64,000 nucleotides of DNA from an uncultured Chloroflexia bacterium. GTDB taxonomy: Bacteria; Chloroflexota; Dehalococcoidia; DSTF01; JALHUB01. The notes beneath the pieces were generated by a model. The model made no database searches, was not told the DNA's origin, and worked only from the letters and a program-made list of their open reading frames with translations. Shown here one piece after another: positions 49,420 through 59,063 of this stretch (position 1 is its first letter; every line of letters begins with the position of its first letter). The stretch covers positions 1,024,001 to 1,088,000 of the forward strand of contig OY969814.1 of NCBI GenBank assembly GCA_963703345.1, written 5' to 3'. The position numbers and the translations under genes are program-made.

Positions 49420-50648
49420 CGGCCCTTGTACTCCGCCGGTACGGTCGACTCGTCCGCGCCGTACGCGTGCGAGACCTGCCGGCAGAGCGAATTGACCAGC
49501 GCCCGTCCGTCCGAGGAGGCCGGCGTTGCGCCGATGAAGCGGACGACTCTCTCCGCCCCGGGATGCGCGGCGCGCGCTTCCTCCGCTGCTTTCGCCATCA
49601 GCGCCGATTTGCCTGAACCGGGCTCACCGAGCAAGGCCAGCGGACTATGATCGGTCCCCTCTATGTAGTTGCCGATGGCATTCAGGATGCTGGCCCAGCC
49701 GGTGAAGAATTCGGCGCGCTTCTCGCCAAAGGCATCATGCTCCGCGGTCTCCTTGTCCAGCGGGTCAGCCTCCAGCCGCGCGACCTCTTCCTCGATGATC
49801 CGGGAGAGGGCGTTGAACACATCATCGCATAGCTGAGGCACGTGGTCGGTGGTCACGCCGCTGCCTGTCCATCCCGCCTCGTAGTCGTGGATGTTGCCGG
49901 GGGGAAGACAGTGCAGCTTCTCCTTTAGGTCGTCCCCCCGCGCGGCGGCCTCGATATCCGGATTGCCGCTGGTGTCCAGATCCACGAAGTCCTTCGCGCT
50001 CAGATCCTGGGGCAGGTCCTTGATCGTCCGGAAGAAGCAGAAGACGCGCTCGGGGGCATCCGCAACCCGTAGCGCCCCCTGGGCGATCTCCTGCTCGGTG
50101 GCCGACGCCTCGTACTTCATGCGGTCGTAGGCCTCCAGCGGCATCCCCTGCACGGCTCGGAGCAGGATGGAACGGATCTCGCGTTCGACCACCTCCCATG
50201 CGTCGAAGTCCTCGTACTCTTCTCCACGTGGCTTCAAGCAGTACTCGGGCCGCACCGCGTTGTCGTCTCTCTCGTACCATTCCCTAAGGCGCTCCTGCTC
50301 CTCCGCGGAAATGCGCCGACAGATCTCTTCGAACTCCTCAGCGACGATCTGTGGCGGCAACGGGCGCCAGCCGTAGCGGTCACCCAGGAGCACGATGAAG
50401 TTGGGACGTGGCGTAATCCTCCGACACCGTTGGATCTCGCCCAGGCAGATGTTCATGGCCTGCTGGTCGAGGGCCGCCTCCTCGCTAACCCCCTAGCGCA
50501 GGTCGATCGCCTGGAACCGGGCGCCGTGCTGCATGCAGAGCTCGCGCAGCCTGGGGAAGGCCCGCTCCTGGAGTGCGTTGCGCTCCTCCTTGAGGTCGCC
50601 GAAGGTGGAGCTCACGAAGATGCGGAATGTCCTGCCTAGCCGTGCCAC
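49420..50648 (-). pseudogene. DUF4062 + NACHT/AAA (NWD/TEP1-like) protein, in-frame TAG and 3' truncation
   Basis: FRIFVSSTFGDLKEERN, DLR*GV (TAG at 50493-50495 where DLRWG is typical), LLGDRYGW, Walker A GEPGSGKS. Ends abruptly at the convergent SDR. Confidence 0.85.
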
Positions 50649-50708
50649 CTCATGCCTCCTTCTGAGCGGTCCGCCTAGGCGCGGTCACTTGCGCCGCCGG
50701 AACCGCCA

Positions 50709-52439
50709 CTAGGATCTCCCGCCCGACGGGGCGTCTGCCGGCATTCGGGTGACGAACGGGTTGACCCGCATGCGGCCCTTGCGGCCCGGCTGCGGGCAGT
50801 CGACGACCTGGCCGAGCCAGCTTCTCTCCGACGGGAATTGCTCAAAGCAGGCAGGGCAGCGCACCTTTGGCCCGTGCCCAAAGTCCGCCGCTGTCACAAT
50901 AATAGGCTCATACGCAATGCCCACCGGGTCGATGAAGTAAACGTTTCCACCCGCGTCGCCGCAGAACGTGAACGGAAGGCGCGGGTGGATAGCGACGCAA
51001 AACAGGGCACCGAGAAGTACCAGGGTCACCCGCTCCTTGCCCGTCGCCGCGTCCCAGATCTTCAGGGTCTCGTCCATGCTGGCCGAGACGGTGAAGGAGC
51101 CGTCTGGGCTAATCACGCAGGCGTTGACGTAACCGGTGTGGCCGCTGAGGGTCAGCCGCTCCCTGCCATTCGCCGCGTCCCAGATCTTGAGGGTCTTGTC
51201 GCTGCTCGCGGAGACGACGAAGGAGGAGTCAGCGCTTATCGCGCAGGCGGTGACCTCGTCGGTGTGGCCGGTGAGGGTCAGCCGCTCCTTGCCCGTCGCC
51301 GCGTCCCAGATCTTCAGGGTCTTGTCCATGCTGGCCGAGACGATGAAGGAGGAGTCGGGGCTGATCGCGCAGGCGAGGACGTGACCGGTGTGGCCGATGA
51401 GGGTCGGCAGCCCCTAGCCCGTCGCCGCGTCCCAGATCTTCAGGGTCTTGTCCATGCTGGCCGAGACGACGAAGGAGGAGTCGGGACTGATCGCGCAGGA
51501 GACCCCACCGGTGTGGCCGGTGAGGGTCAGCCGCTCCTTGCCCGTCGCCGCGTCCCAGATCTTCAGAGTTCCGTCGTGGCCCGCCGAGACGACGAAGGAG
51601 GAGTCGGGGCTGATCGCGCAGGCGCCGACCTGACCGGTGTGGCCGCTGAGGGTCGCCCGCTCCTTGCCCGTCGCCGCGTCCCAGATCTTCAGGGTCTCGT
51701 CCATGCTGGCCGAGACGACGAAGGAGGAGTCGGGGCTGATCGCGCAGGCCCAGACCTGACCGGTGTGGCCGCTGAGGGTCAGCCGCTCCTTGCCCGTCGC
51801 CGCGTCCCAGATCTTCAGGGTCTTGTCCAGGCTCGCCGAGACGGTGAAGGAGCCGTCTGGGCTAATCACGCAGGCGTTGACGTAACCGGTGTGGCCGCTG
51901 AGGGTCAGCCGCTTCTTGCCCGTCGTCGCGCCCCAGATCTTCAGGGTGTTGTCCCAGCTTCCGGAGACGACGAAGGAGCAGTCGGGGCTGATCGCGCAGG
52001 CGCTGACCCAATTGGTGTGGCCGGTGAGGGTCAGCCGCTCCCTGCCCTTCGCCGCGTCCCAGATCTTTAGGGTCTTGTCCCTGCTCGCGGAGACGACGAA
52101 GGAGGAGTCAGCGCTTATCGCGCAGGCGTCGACCGGAGCGGTGTGGCCGCTGAGGGTCGCCCGCTCCTTGCCCTTCGCCGCGTCCCAGATCTTCAGGGTT
52201 CCGTCGTGGCTCGCCGAGACGACGAAGGAGGAGTCGGGGCTGATCGCGCAGGCGTAGACCGGACCGGTGTGGCCGCTGAGGGTCAGCCGCTCCTTGCCCG
52301 TCGCCGCGTCCCAGATCTTCAGGGTCTTGTCCCAGCTCGCCGAGACGATGAAAGAGGAGTCGGGGCTGATCGCGCAGGCCAAGACACTACCGGTGTGGCC
52401 GGTGAGGGTCCAGGTTGGGAAAACACCACCGGTACTCAT
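50709..52439 (-). pseudogene. WD40-repeat protein (11 near-identical repeats + degenerate repeat + Cys-rich tail) with one in-frame TAG
   Basis: ORFs 51414-52439 and 50709-51329 are in the same frame; TAG replaces AAG of the repeat consensus; AGGAGG RBS. Confidence 0.88.
51035..52410. repeat. 126-bp high-identity tandem repeats (WD40 coding)
   Basis: Recurring CCCAGATCTTCAGGGT...GATCGCGCAGGC...GTGTGGCC units. Confidence 0.92.
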
Positions 52440-52611
52440 TGATCCCTCCTATCCCCAGGTGGGAACTTCCTCCGCGCCGACGGAAAGTCTTCAAGGAGAG
52501 AGACACGGTCCGAGGCGCGATGGAAAACTGTTGCCGCCCCTAGGCTCGGGCCAACGTTTGCCTAGCAGCCTGCTGGGGATCAGTTTCTGCCCGCCTGGAG
52601 GCTGCACGAGT

Positions 52612-52639
52612 ATTCTAGTCTTGATGGGGGACTTGTCAA
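52612..52639 (-). promoter_or_regulatory. Sigma70-like promoter for the WD40 gene
   Basis: Minus strand TTGACA-16bp-TAGAAT. Confidence 0.6.
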
Positions 52640-52993
52640 GTGAGAGAATATGCAGGCTGTGGAAACCGATTGCGCGAGATGGTGGGCGGAGGAAGCATTG
52701 GCTCGGTCTGCACGTAGACCTTGAGCAGTTAGAGGACGGGACCCACTATGTGCGCCCGTGGGCCGCCGGGGCGCTGGCATTAAGCACGCATGGTGTTACA
52801 GGCCGCTCAATCTAGGGCCTTAGATGGAGAGTACTCACGGATAGCCAGCTTGCCGTCAGCCACCCGTCACAACTGGCGCAATGCGGCGTAGCACTGCGCA
52901 GCCCCTGAGTTGGCGGCGCCGCTAATTAACCCAGCGTTCTGGACGCGCCGGTCGAGACTATTCGGCGATGTTCAGCCGTCAGCGGCGGAGGTG

Positions 52994-53206
52994 CTAGCCT
53001 TCCTCGTACTTGAACGAGAGCTTGATCCTCGCGCGGTAAAGGACCACCTTGTTCTTGTCGACAGTCATGTCGAGGTTCTCGACCTCCGCGATCCGTAGAT
53101 CGCGCAGAGTGCTGCTGGCCCGCTCGACCGCACTGCGGGCTGCCGCTTCCCACGACTCCGTGCTGGTTCCCACGAGTTCTATGATTTTGTAGGCACTCTC
53201 CGCCAT
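52994..53206 (-). CDS. Dodecin-family flavin-binding protein
   Basis: YKIIELVGTSTESWEAAA...YRARIKLSFKYE; GGAGG RBS. Confidence 0.92.
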   Translation of the reverse strand: MAESAYKIIELVGTSTESWEAAARSAVERASSTLRDLRIAEVENLDMTVDKNKVVLYRARIKLSFKYEEG

Positions 53207-53244
53207 AACCGGCACCTCCGTGCGCTCTACTCAGATTCGCAATC

Positions 53245-53325
53245 GTACGCCCGCCGCAGCGCTGGAGCAACTGCGTCATGGGGATGGTACGCTCGCCGCA
53301 GCGCTGGAGCAACTGCGTCATGGGA
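53245..53325. repeat. 42-bp tandem duplication upstream of dodecin
   Basis: GTACGC(C/T)CGCCGCAGCGCTGGAGCAACTGCGTCATGGG at 53245 and 53287. Confidence 0.9.
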
Positions 53326-53666
53326 CGTTGTTGGTCAGTGATTCTGCCCAGGGCCCCCAGGTCGAATTGCCCAGCCTTCCTTGTTCCCAACGCGATGACC
53401 ATCTGCTTTCCGGGAAGATGCCCTGAAGATTCCTTGCCCCCCCGGTGCCGTCTTGCACTAGCGTGTAGGGAAGTCGGGCAGGCAGGCGACATCGGTAGGC
53501 TGGAGTCGCCCTGGCGTGTCGAGGGGGCTTGGTACGCAGACACCAATGGGTTCCCATCTCCCATCCGCGGTCTTCCAGATGTCGATAAGTCTTTAGTAAG
53601 CTTCATTGTCTGCGAAAGGCTGCCGATAATGACTAGTGGGATGCCCATAGAAGAGGCAAGTTCGCT

Positions 53667-55808
53667 ATGCCCGAGAATTGGGGCCAGCAGTCTTCCGGCG
53701 ATGTAGCACCTGCGCGCGGCCACGCGGATCTCGATGAGGTCCTGGGCTCCTCCATCAGGTTTGCCTGCGAGATCCTCAAGAGTGATGCGGCGACGATAGC
53801 TCTACTTGATGAGAAGGGCCTTCTCGGGTTCCGCAGCCAGCACGGCCTATCACTGCAGTTGGGGGAGGGCTGGCACCGCCATCCCGCGGAGAGCGTAATA
53901 GGCATCGTGTTCCGGACCGGCCGGCCACACGTCATCTCCGATCTACTTGCTGAGAGGGAGTACGCTGGGGGGCCACTGGCCCGCGAGAGGCTACGTAGCG
54001 TCATAATACTGCCGTTGAAGACTGGGGAGGCCGTGACGGGCTGCCTTTGCGTTGGAGACAGGAGGCCGGGCCATTTCTCACCAATCGATGTGCGGCTGGC
54101 AGGCCTCTTCGCCGATCAGGTGGCGATGTCGATTGAGAACGCCCGCCTGTACCAGGCAGAACGGCGGGAGCGCCAAACAACGGAAGCGCTGCTAGACGTG
54201 CTGACAACCGCCACCTCCAGTCTGAGTTTGAGGAAGGTAATGGCCAGTGTATGCGAGACGGTGATTAGCCTCAGCGTCGGCGAGCGCTGCAGCATCTTCC
54301 TGATGGACGCCGAACATCGCCGTTTGGAGCCCGTCATGTCTCTGGGCACTCGGGACGAGGAACTATGGCAGAAGTTCCTTCAACCGCCCGCCGGGGTGAG
54401 GCGTGACCCGGCAGAGCACCGCTTCTGGCAGGCCGCAGCCAACCAGGAAGGCCCCGTAGTCATCGAGGACGCGGAGAATTCACCGATTCTGCCTCGCTGG
54501 TGGGTGGAGACCTTCGCTCTGAAGTCACTCGTCCAGTACCCGCTGCGGGTCAAGGACAAGACGATCGGGGTGATGACGGTGGACACCTCCCGTAACCGGG
54601 TTAACTTCCCTCAGGAGGAAGTCGAGACGCTCGCTGCTGTCGCCAAACAGGCGGCGATCACAATTGAGAACGCTCAGTTATACGAGAGGCTGGAGGAGCA
54701 GGCAACCACCGATCCCTTGACTGGCCTCTGCAATCACCGACAGATTCATGAGCGGTTGGAGGAGGAGTTCGCGCGAGCCTCGCGCAGCGGCCGGCCGCTC
54801 GCTGTCATGATGCTGGACATGGACAACCTCAAATACTTCAACGACAGCTGTGGCCATCTTGTTGGTGATGAGGTACTTAGGTTCGTCGCCGGTCTTTTCG
54901 TCAAAACGCTGCGGATTTCCGACGTCCTCGGCCGGTACGGCGGGGACGAATTCCTGGCCGTGTTGCCGGAGACCGGCCGCGCGCTGGCAAAGCAGTTGGG
55001 GCAGCGCATAGTGTCCCTTCTTGCCGAACATCCATTCTCACCGGCCGACTCGGCGCAGCAGGTGCCCGTTGGAGTTAGCATCGGCGTAGCCTGCTACCCT
55101 GAGGATGGCGCCGAGGCTCGGAAGCTTCTAGCCCTCGCCGACGCAGCGCTTTACGAGGCGAAACGGTTGGGTGGGGGACGAGTCATATCGGCGCACAGCG
55201 ATATCAGGGAGCAGGAAGCGTCATCGGGCATGGGTTTTGGCTTCCTGCGGAGTTTGCTCAACGCTTTGGCGTACAAGGACCCATCCACGAGAAAGCACTG
55301 CGATGACAATGTCCGTTACGCAGACCGGCTGGCAGAGCAGTTACATCTCCCCGCGGAGGCCAAGGACTCACTGCGCAAAGCCGCTCTCCTGCACGATGTG
55401 GGGAAGATCGCGATACCCGATAGTACGCTCCTCAAGCCGGGACCTCTGGACAGTGGGGAGTGGGAGGTCATGCGCCAGCACGTGCAGTTCGGGGAGGCTA
55501 TCGTAAAAGGCATCGCCGAGATCTCTGACGCTATCGAGCCCGTGGCCACTCATCACGAACGTTACGACGGCGCCGGGTACCCGAAGGGGCTGAAAGGGGA
55601 GGAGATTCCTCTACTAGGACGGCTCCTGGCGGTAGTGGACGCCTATTCGGCGATGACCCTGGACCGTCCCTACCGCAAGGCGTTAAGCCACGAAGAGGCG
55701 AAGGAGGAACTGCGGAAAGGGTCGGGCAGCCAGTTCGACCCCGCGGTGGCGGAGGCGTTCCTAGCGGTAATCGAGGCAGAAGAGCAGGCGGGGGCAAAGG
55801 CAGCATGA
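53667..55808 (+). CDS. GAF-GAF-GGDEF-HD-GYP c-di-GMP signalling protein
   Basis: Two IENA(R/Q)LY GAF ends; TDPLTGL, RYGGDEF, LHDVGK and HHERYDGAGYP motifs. Confidence 0.93.
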   Translation: MPENWGQQSSGDVAPARGHADLDEVLGSSIRFACEILKSDAATIALLDEKGLLGFRSQHGLSLQLGEGWHRHPAESVIGIVFRTGRPHVISDLLAEREYAGGPLARERLRSVIILPLKTGEAVTGCLCVGDRRPGHFSPIDVRLAGLFADQVAMSIENARLYQAERRERQTTEALLDVLTTATSSLSLRKVMASVCETVISLSVGERCSIFLMDAEHRRLEPVMSLGTRDEELWQKFLQPPAGVRRDPAEHRFWQAAANQEGPVVIEDAENSPILPRWWVETFALKSLVQYPLRVKDKTIGVMTVDTSRNRVNFPQEEVETLAAVAKQAAITIENAQLYERLEEQATTDPLTGLCNHRQIHERLEEEFARASRSGRPLAVMMLDMDNLKYFNDSCGHLVGDEVLRFVAGLFVKTLRISDVLGRYGGDEFLAVLPETGRALAKQLGQRIVSLLAEHPFSPADSAQQVPVGVSIGVACYPEDGAEARKLLALADAALYEAKRLGGGRVISAHSDIREQEASSGMGFGFLRSLLNALAYKDPSTRKHCDDNVRYADRLAEQLHLPAEAKDSLRKAALLHDVGKIAIPDSTLLKPGPLDSGEWEVMRQHVQFGEAIVKGIAEISDAIEPVATHHERYDGAGYPKGLKGEEIPLLGRLLAVVDAYSAMTLDRPYRKALSHEEAKEELRKGSGSQFDPAVAEAFLAVIEAEEQAGAKAA

Positions 55809-55890
55809 CGGGCTGTGAACTGCCAAGAAAGCCTATTGGCGTCCTTCAAAGCGTGCGCTGGGAGCGGCCTGTCTCCCTAACGAGAGAACG

Positions 55891-57705
55891 ATGCTCAAAG
55901 TGAGACCATCTCGAAATCAAGCCCTGCTAACGAGTGTGGCGTTGCTGGCGCTAGTAGTCAGCGTGGTAGCGCTCGCAGCCTGGCGTGACCAGCATGCTAA
56001 GGAAGCGGCCCGCTCGGTCGATCGCCACTCTGCAGTGGCTGCCGCCATGGACGATGCCCGCGTCCAGACCTCCCTCCTGGCCGCCCAGATTGCGTCCTCC
56101 ACGCTCTCAGGCAACGCGACCCCCATCGCAGACCTGTACCCTCAAGCCGCCGCGGCGATAGACGGAGATATGCAGGTGGCTGAAGCCGGGCTATCCGCCA
56201 TGGGCGAAATGGACGAATTCGCCGCACTGAACGCGGCGGATTCAGAGATGGAGCAGTTAACGCAAGATCCAGACGTGGTCGCCCTTGTCACGTCCCCGAA
56301 CAGTGGAGACAAGACGGAGTTGGGGCGGCAGTACTATTCACGGATCTGGCCCGGGGTCGAGAGTGTGATGGCCGAGCTGCAGCAACTTGCCAGCGGAGAG
56401 CGTGACAAACTGGCAGCCGAGCAAGCGACCGCGAGCCGCGTCTCGGACCACACATTCGGACTGTTGACCGGGCTTAGCCTGCTCGCCTTTCTCGGGGGAG
56501 CGGCGATGCTGATCAGGCTTGTCCCGCTGGTGGTGCGCCCCCTTTCTGTCCGGGACCGCAACAAGATGGCCAGCCAGCGCATCCGGGTGGAGCAGGCACT
56601 GAAGCGCCAGGCAGCCACGGACAGACTGACCGGACTTCGTAGCCACCGTTCTCTACACGAAGAGCTGGCCAAGGAGGTGGAACGCAGTCTGCGCTACGGT
56701 CGGCCCGTGACCATCATGATGATGGACATCGATGGATTCAGGCTCTTCAATGACACTTATGGTTACCAAGAGGGAGACCGCGTGTTGAAGCAGGTGGCGA
56801 AGGTGCTCGAACGCGAATTTGGATCCGTCGATATCGTCGGTCGCTATGGCGGTGATGAGTTCGTGGCTATCCTGCCAGAGACCGACCGTGACGAGGGTGT
56901 CGCGCGCGCGAACCGGCTCTTTGAAGCGCTCTCCCACGAACGTGTCCAGCCTCGCTTCGGGGAGAGCGTGCCTCTCGTGCTGAGCATGGGTATCGCCGTC
57001 TGTCCCGACGATAGCAGGCACCGGGAAGAATTGATCGCTTACGCAGACGCGTCGCTGACGGAGGCGAAGCAAGTCTCCGGAAACGCCCTGGTGGTCGGGC
57101 AACGGGAGCCAGGCGAAATCATCACCAGAGAACGCTCGCCGTTCGGGGTCCTTGATGCTCTCGTGAGGGCGGTCGACAGAAAGGATCGCTACACGCGTCG
57201 GCACTCGCAGCAGAACGCTGAGTTCGCTGTGGAGCTTGGGAAGGCGGTAGGGCTAACCGAGGGTGCCGTGAGCGCACTGCGTATCGCGGGCCTCCTGCAC
57301 GATGTCGGCAAGATCGGAGTCCCGGATGACATACTGAAGAAACCCGGCCCGCTATCTGACGAGGAACGGGCTCTGATGCGCGAGCATGTGGTGTTGAGCA
57401 ACCTTATCGTTCATGGTATCCCAAACCTGGAGGACGTGTCCGACGCGGTCTACTGCCACCACGAACGCTGGGACGGTACGGGCTATCCTCGGGGCTTGAA
57501 GGGGGCAGAGATACCTCTCCCAGGTCGCATAATGGCGCTTGTAGATGCATACTCGGCAATGATCCTCGATCGGCCGTACCGAAAGGCCCTAACGAATGAG
57601 GGAGCCACAGCAGAGTTGAGGCGCAACGCCGGCACCCAATTCGACCCAGAGCTTGTCGAGCCCTTCATCCAACTACTGGAATCCAGCGAAGCGGCGGCCG
57701 CCTAG
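55891..57705 (+). CDS. Membrane-anchored GGDEF-HD-GYP protein
   Basis: Two TM segments around a helical extracellular region; RYGGDEF, LHDVGK and HHERWDGTGYP motifs. Confidence 0.92.
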   Translation: MLKVRPSRNQALLTSVALLALVVSVVALAAWRDQHAKEAARSVDRHSAVAAAMDDARVQTSLLAAQIASSTLSGNATPIADLYPQAAAAIDGDMQVAEAGLSAMGEMDEFAALNAADSEMEQLTQDPDVVALVTSPNSGDKTELGRQYYSRIWPGVESVMAELQQLASGERDKLAAEQATASRVSDHTFGLLTGLSLLAFLGGAAMLIRLVPLVVRPLSVRDRNKMASQRIRVEQALKRQAATDRLTGLRSHRSLHEELAKEVERSLRYGRPVTIMMMDIDGFRLFNDTYGYQEGDRVLKQVAKVLEREFGSVDIVGRYGGDEFVAILPETDRDEGVARANRLFEALSHERVQPRFGESVPLVLSMGIAVCPDDSRHREELIAYADASLTEAKQVSGNALVVGQREPGEIITRERSPFGVLDALVRAVDRKDRYTRRHSQQNAEFAVELGKAVGLTEGAVSALRIAGLLHDVGKIGVPDDILKKPGPLSDEERALMREHVVLSNLIVHGIPNLEDVSDAVYCHHERWDGTGYPRGLKGAEIPLPGRIMALVDAYSAMILDRPYRKALTNEGATAELRRNAGTQFDPELVEPFIQLLESSEAAAA

Positions 57706-57756
57706 GTTATCCTCGGCGCGTGGAAGACATCTCGCGTCGAAATGAGATTCGAAAAC

Positions 57757-57790
57757 TGGAGGAAGTGAGGGGTTCGAACCCTCGACTCCC
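57757..57790 (-). tRNA. Possible tRNA 3'-end remnant (Ser-like; identity uncertain)
   Basis: Reverse complement GAGGG-TTCGAAC-CCCTC-ACTTCCTCCA: T-arm + CCA, but no recognisable anticodon arm. Confidence 0.4.
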
Positions 57791-57895
57791 GGATTCGCTG
57801 CCTCTCGGTCACTCGTTGAGCCTGCCGCATCACCATGGGGACATGGTGCCTCAAGGCTGGCCCATATGCCCTGCAGGGGATGAAGGGGGACGGAG

Positions 57896-57954
57896 GATTT
57901 CGAAATCGGACGGTTTGGTGCCCCCAAATGTCGCCATTTCGAAAATCGTGACGG
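57896..57954 (+). repeat. Dispersed direct repeat, copy 2 (att-like)
   Basis: GATTTCGA...TTGGTGCCCCCAAATGTCGCCATTTCGAAAATCGTGACGG. Confidence 0.7.
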
Positions 57955-58027
57955 CTCGGCCCGTAGAATCACGACCATATTCGCTTATTGTGCGCGGAAG
58001 TCAAGTCGAGAAGGGCCGGTACGAGAG

Positions 58028-58831
58028 TTAATCGAAGCTCCAGACTTCGAGAGAGTACGAGACATGTCGCATCAGCTCCTCTTCCATGTTGCCGTAGTGG
58101 TGCCTATACCATTGTTCGAACTCCGCGAGGCACTCCTGGAACAGATCATCGGGGATCTCCCACGTCCACGAGTGGCTGCGGCTGCGAATTCGTTCCAGAT
58201 TCTGTTCCGGCGTCCGACGAACCTCCCCCTCGGCGAAGGTTACCACCCGGCATGACCCTCCAAGGGCACGCAGTGCACTATGGATCTCGTCAGCACTGGG
58301 TCTGGCGCGTGGAGCTAAGTTTCGGGCCGCCATTAGCTCCCTCCACTTGGCCGAGCCCACGCTCCACTCCCCCGACGTCTGTGATCTCGTGTTGTCGCCG
58401 ATTAGAACGCCGCCCGGCGCCACCACCCGGCGCAATTCCTCCAGCGCCGTCTGCCAGGGGGATACGAGGTGCAACACATGAATGACCAGCACGGCTCGGA
58501 AGGATGCTGAGACAAGCGGCAGCCGGGTCGCGTCGCCCATCATCAGGTCTGGCGGCGTGTGCTGTGGCCCAAGCTGTTCTCGCAGCCGCGCAAGCATGCG
58601 GGGAGCAATGTCGACGCCCAAGACCCTGACGCCGCGCTCGGCCAGGGGGCGAGCAATCCGCCCTGTGCCGACGCCCACCTCAAGGATGCTATCAGCGCCC
58701 ACGGCTGCAATCTCGGAGAGAAGGGCATCCGTGAGTTTCTGAGCTACATCTTCGGGCAGGGCTCGCGTCACGTCATAGGTGTCCGCGGCGCGGTCGAAGC
58801 TGATGCTTCCCATCATGATCTGATTCATCAT
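58028..58831 (-). CDS. Class I SAM-dependent methyltransferase
   Basis: SFDRAADTYD, LEVGVGTGR, GVDIAPRML and GDATRLP motifs; start among several nearby ATGs. Confidence 0.88.
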   Translation of the reverse strand: MMNQIMMGSISFDRAADTYDVTRALPEDVAQKLTDALLSEIAAVGADSILEVGVGTGRIARPLAERGVRVLGVDIAPRMLARLREQLGPQHTPPDLMMGDATRLPLVSASFRAVLVIHVLHLVSPWQTALEELRRVVAPGGVLIGDNTRSQTSGEWSVGSAKWRELMAARNLAPRARPSADEIHSALRALGGSCRVVTFAEGEVRRTPEQNLERIRSRSHSWTWEIPDDLFQECLAEFEQWYRHHYGNMEEELMRHVSYSLEVWSFD

Positions 58832-59063
58832 GGCACAGTTCGCCAATGGCTTCCACCTTGGAGCCCCCGGGCGTGTGTGCGCTAACGATGATCGCACACG
58901 ATGATGCATTAGTGTGCGAGGAAGTCAAGCGGTCGGCGGCGCAGTGCGCTCTCATAGCGGAGCCCGATCCTTGCCCATGAGTCAGCGCCGGAGAGGGAAG
59001 TCTTGCTTAGCCGAGAGTAGCCTCAGGGGTTACTGGTCGGTGGTGTCTGCCCAAGTTGTAGAC

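Noticed and set aside
50493-51416. Amber (pyrrolysine) read-through in two adjacent genes
   Set aside because: One TAG replaces a conserved Trp, the NACHT gene is also truncated, there are no pyl genes in the window, and TAG terminates many intact genes.
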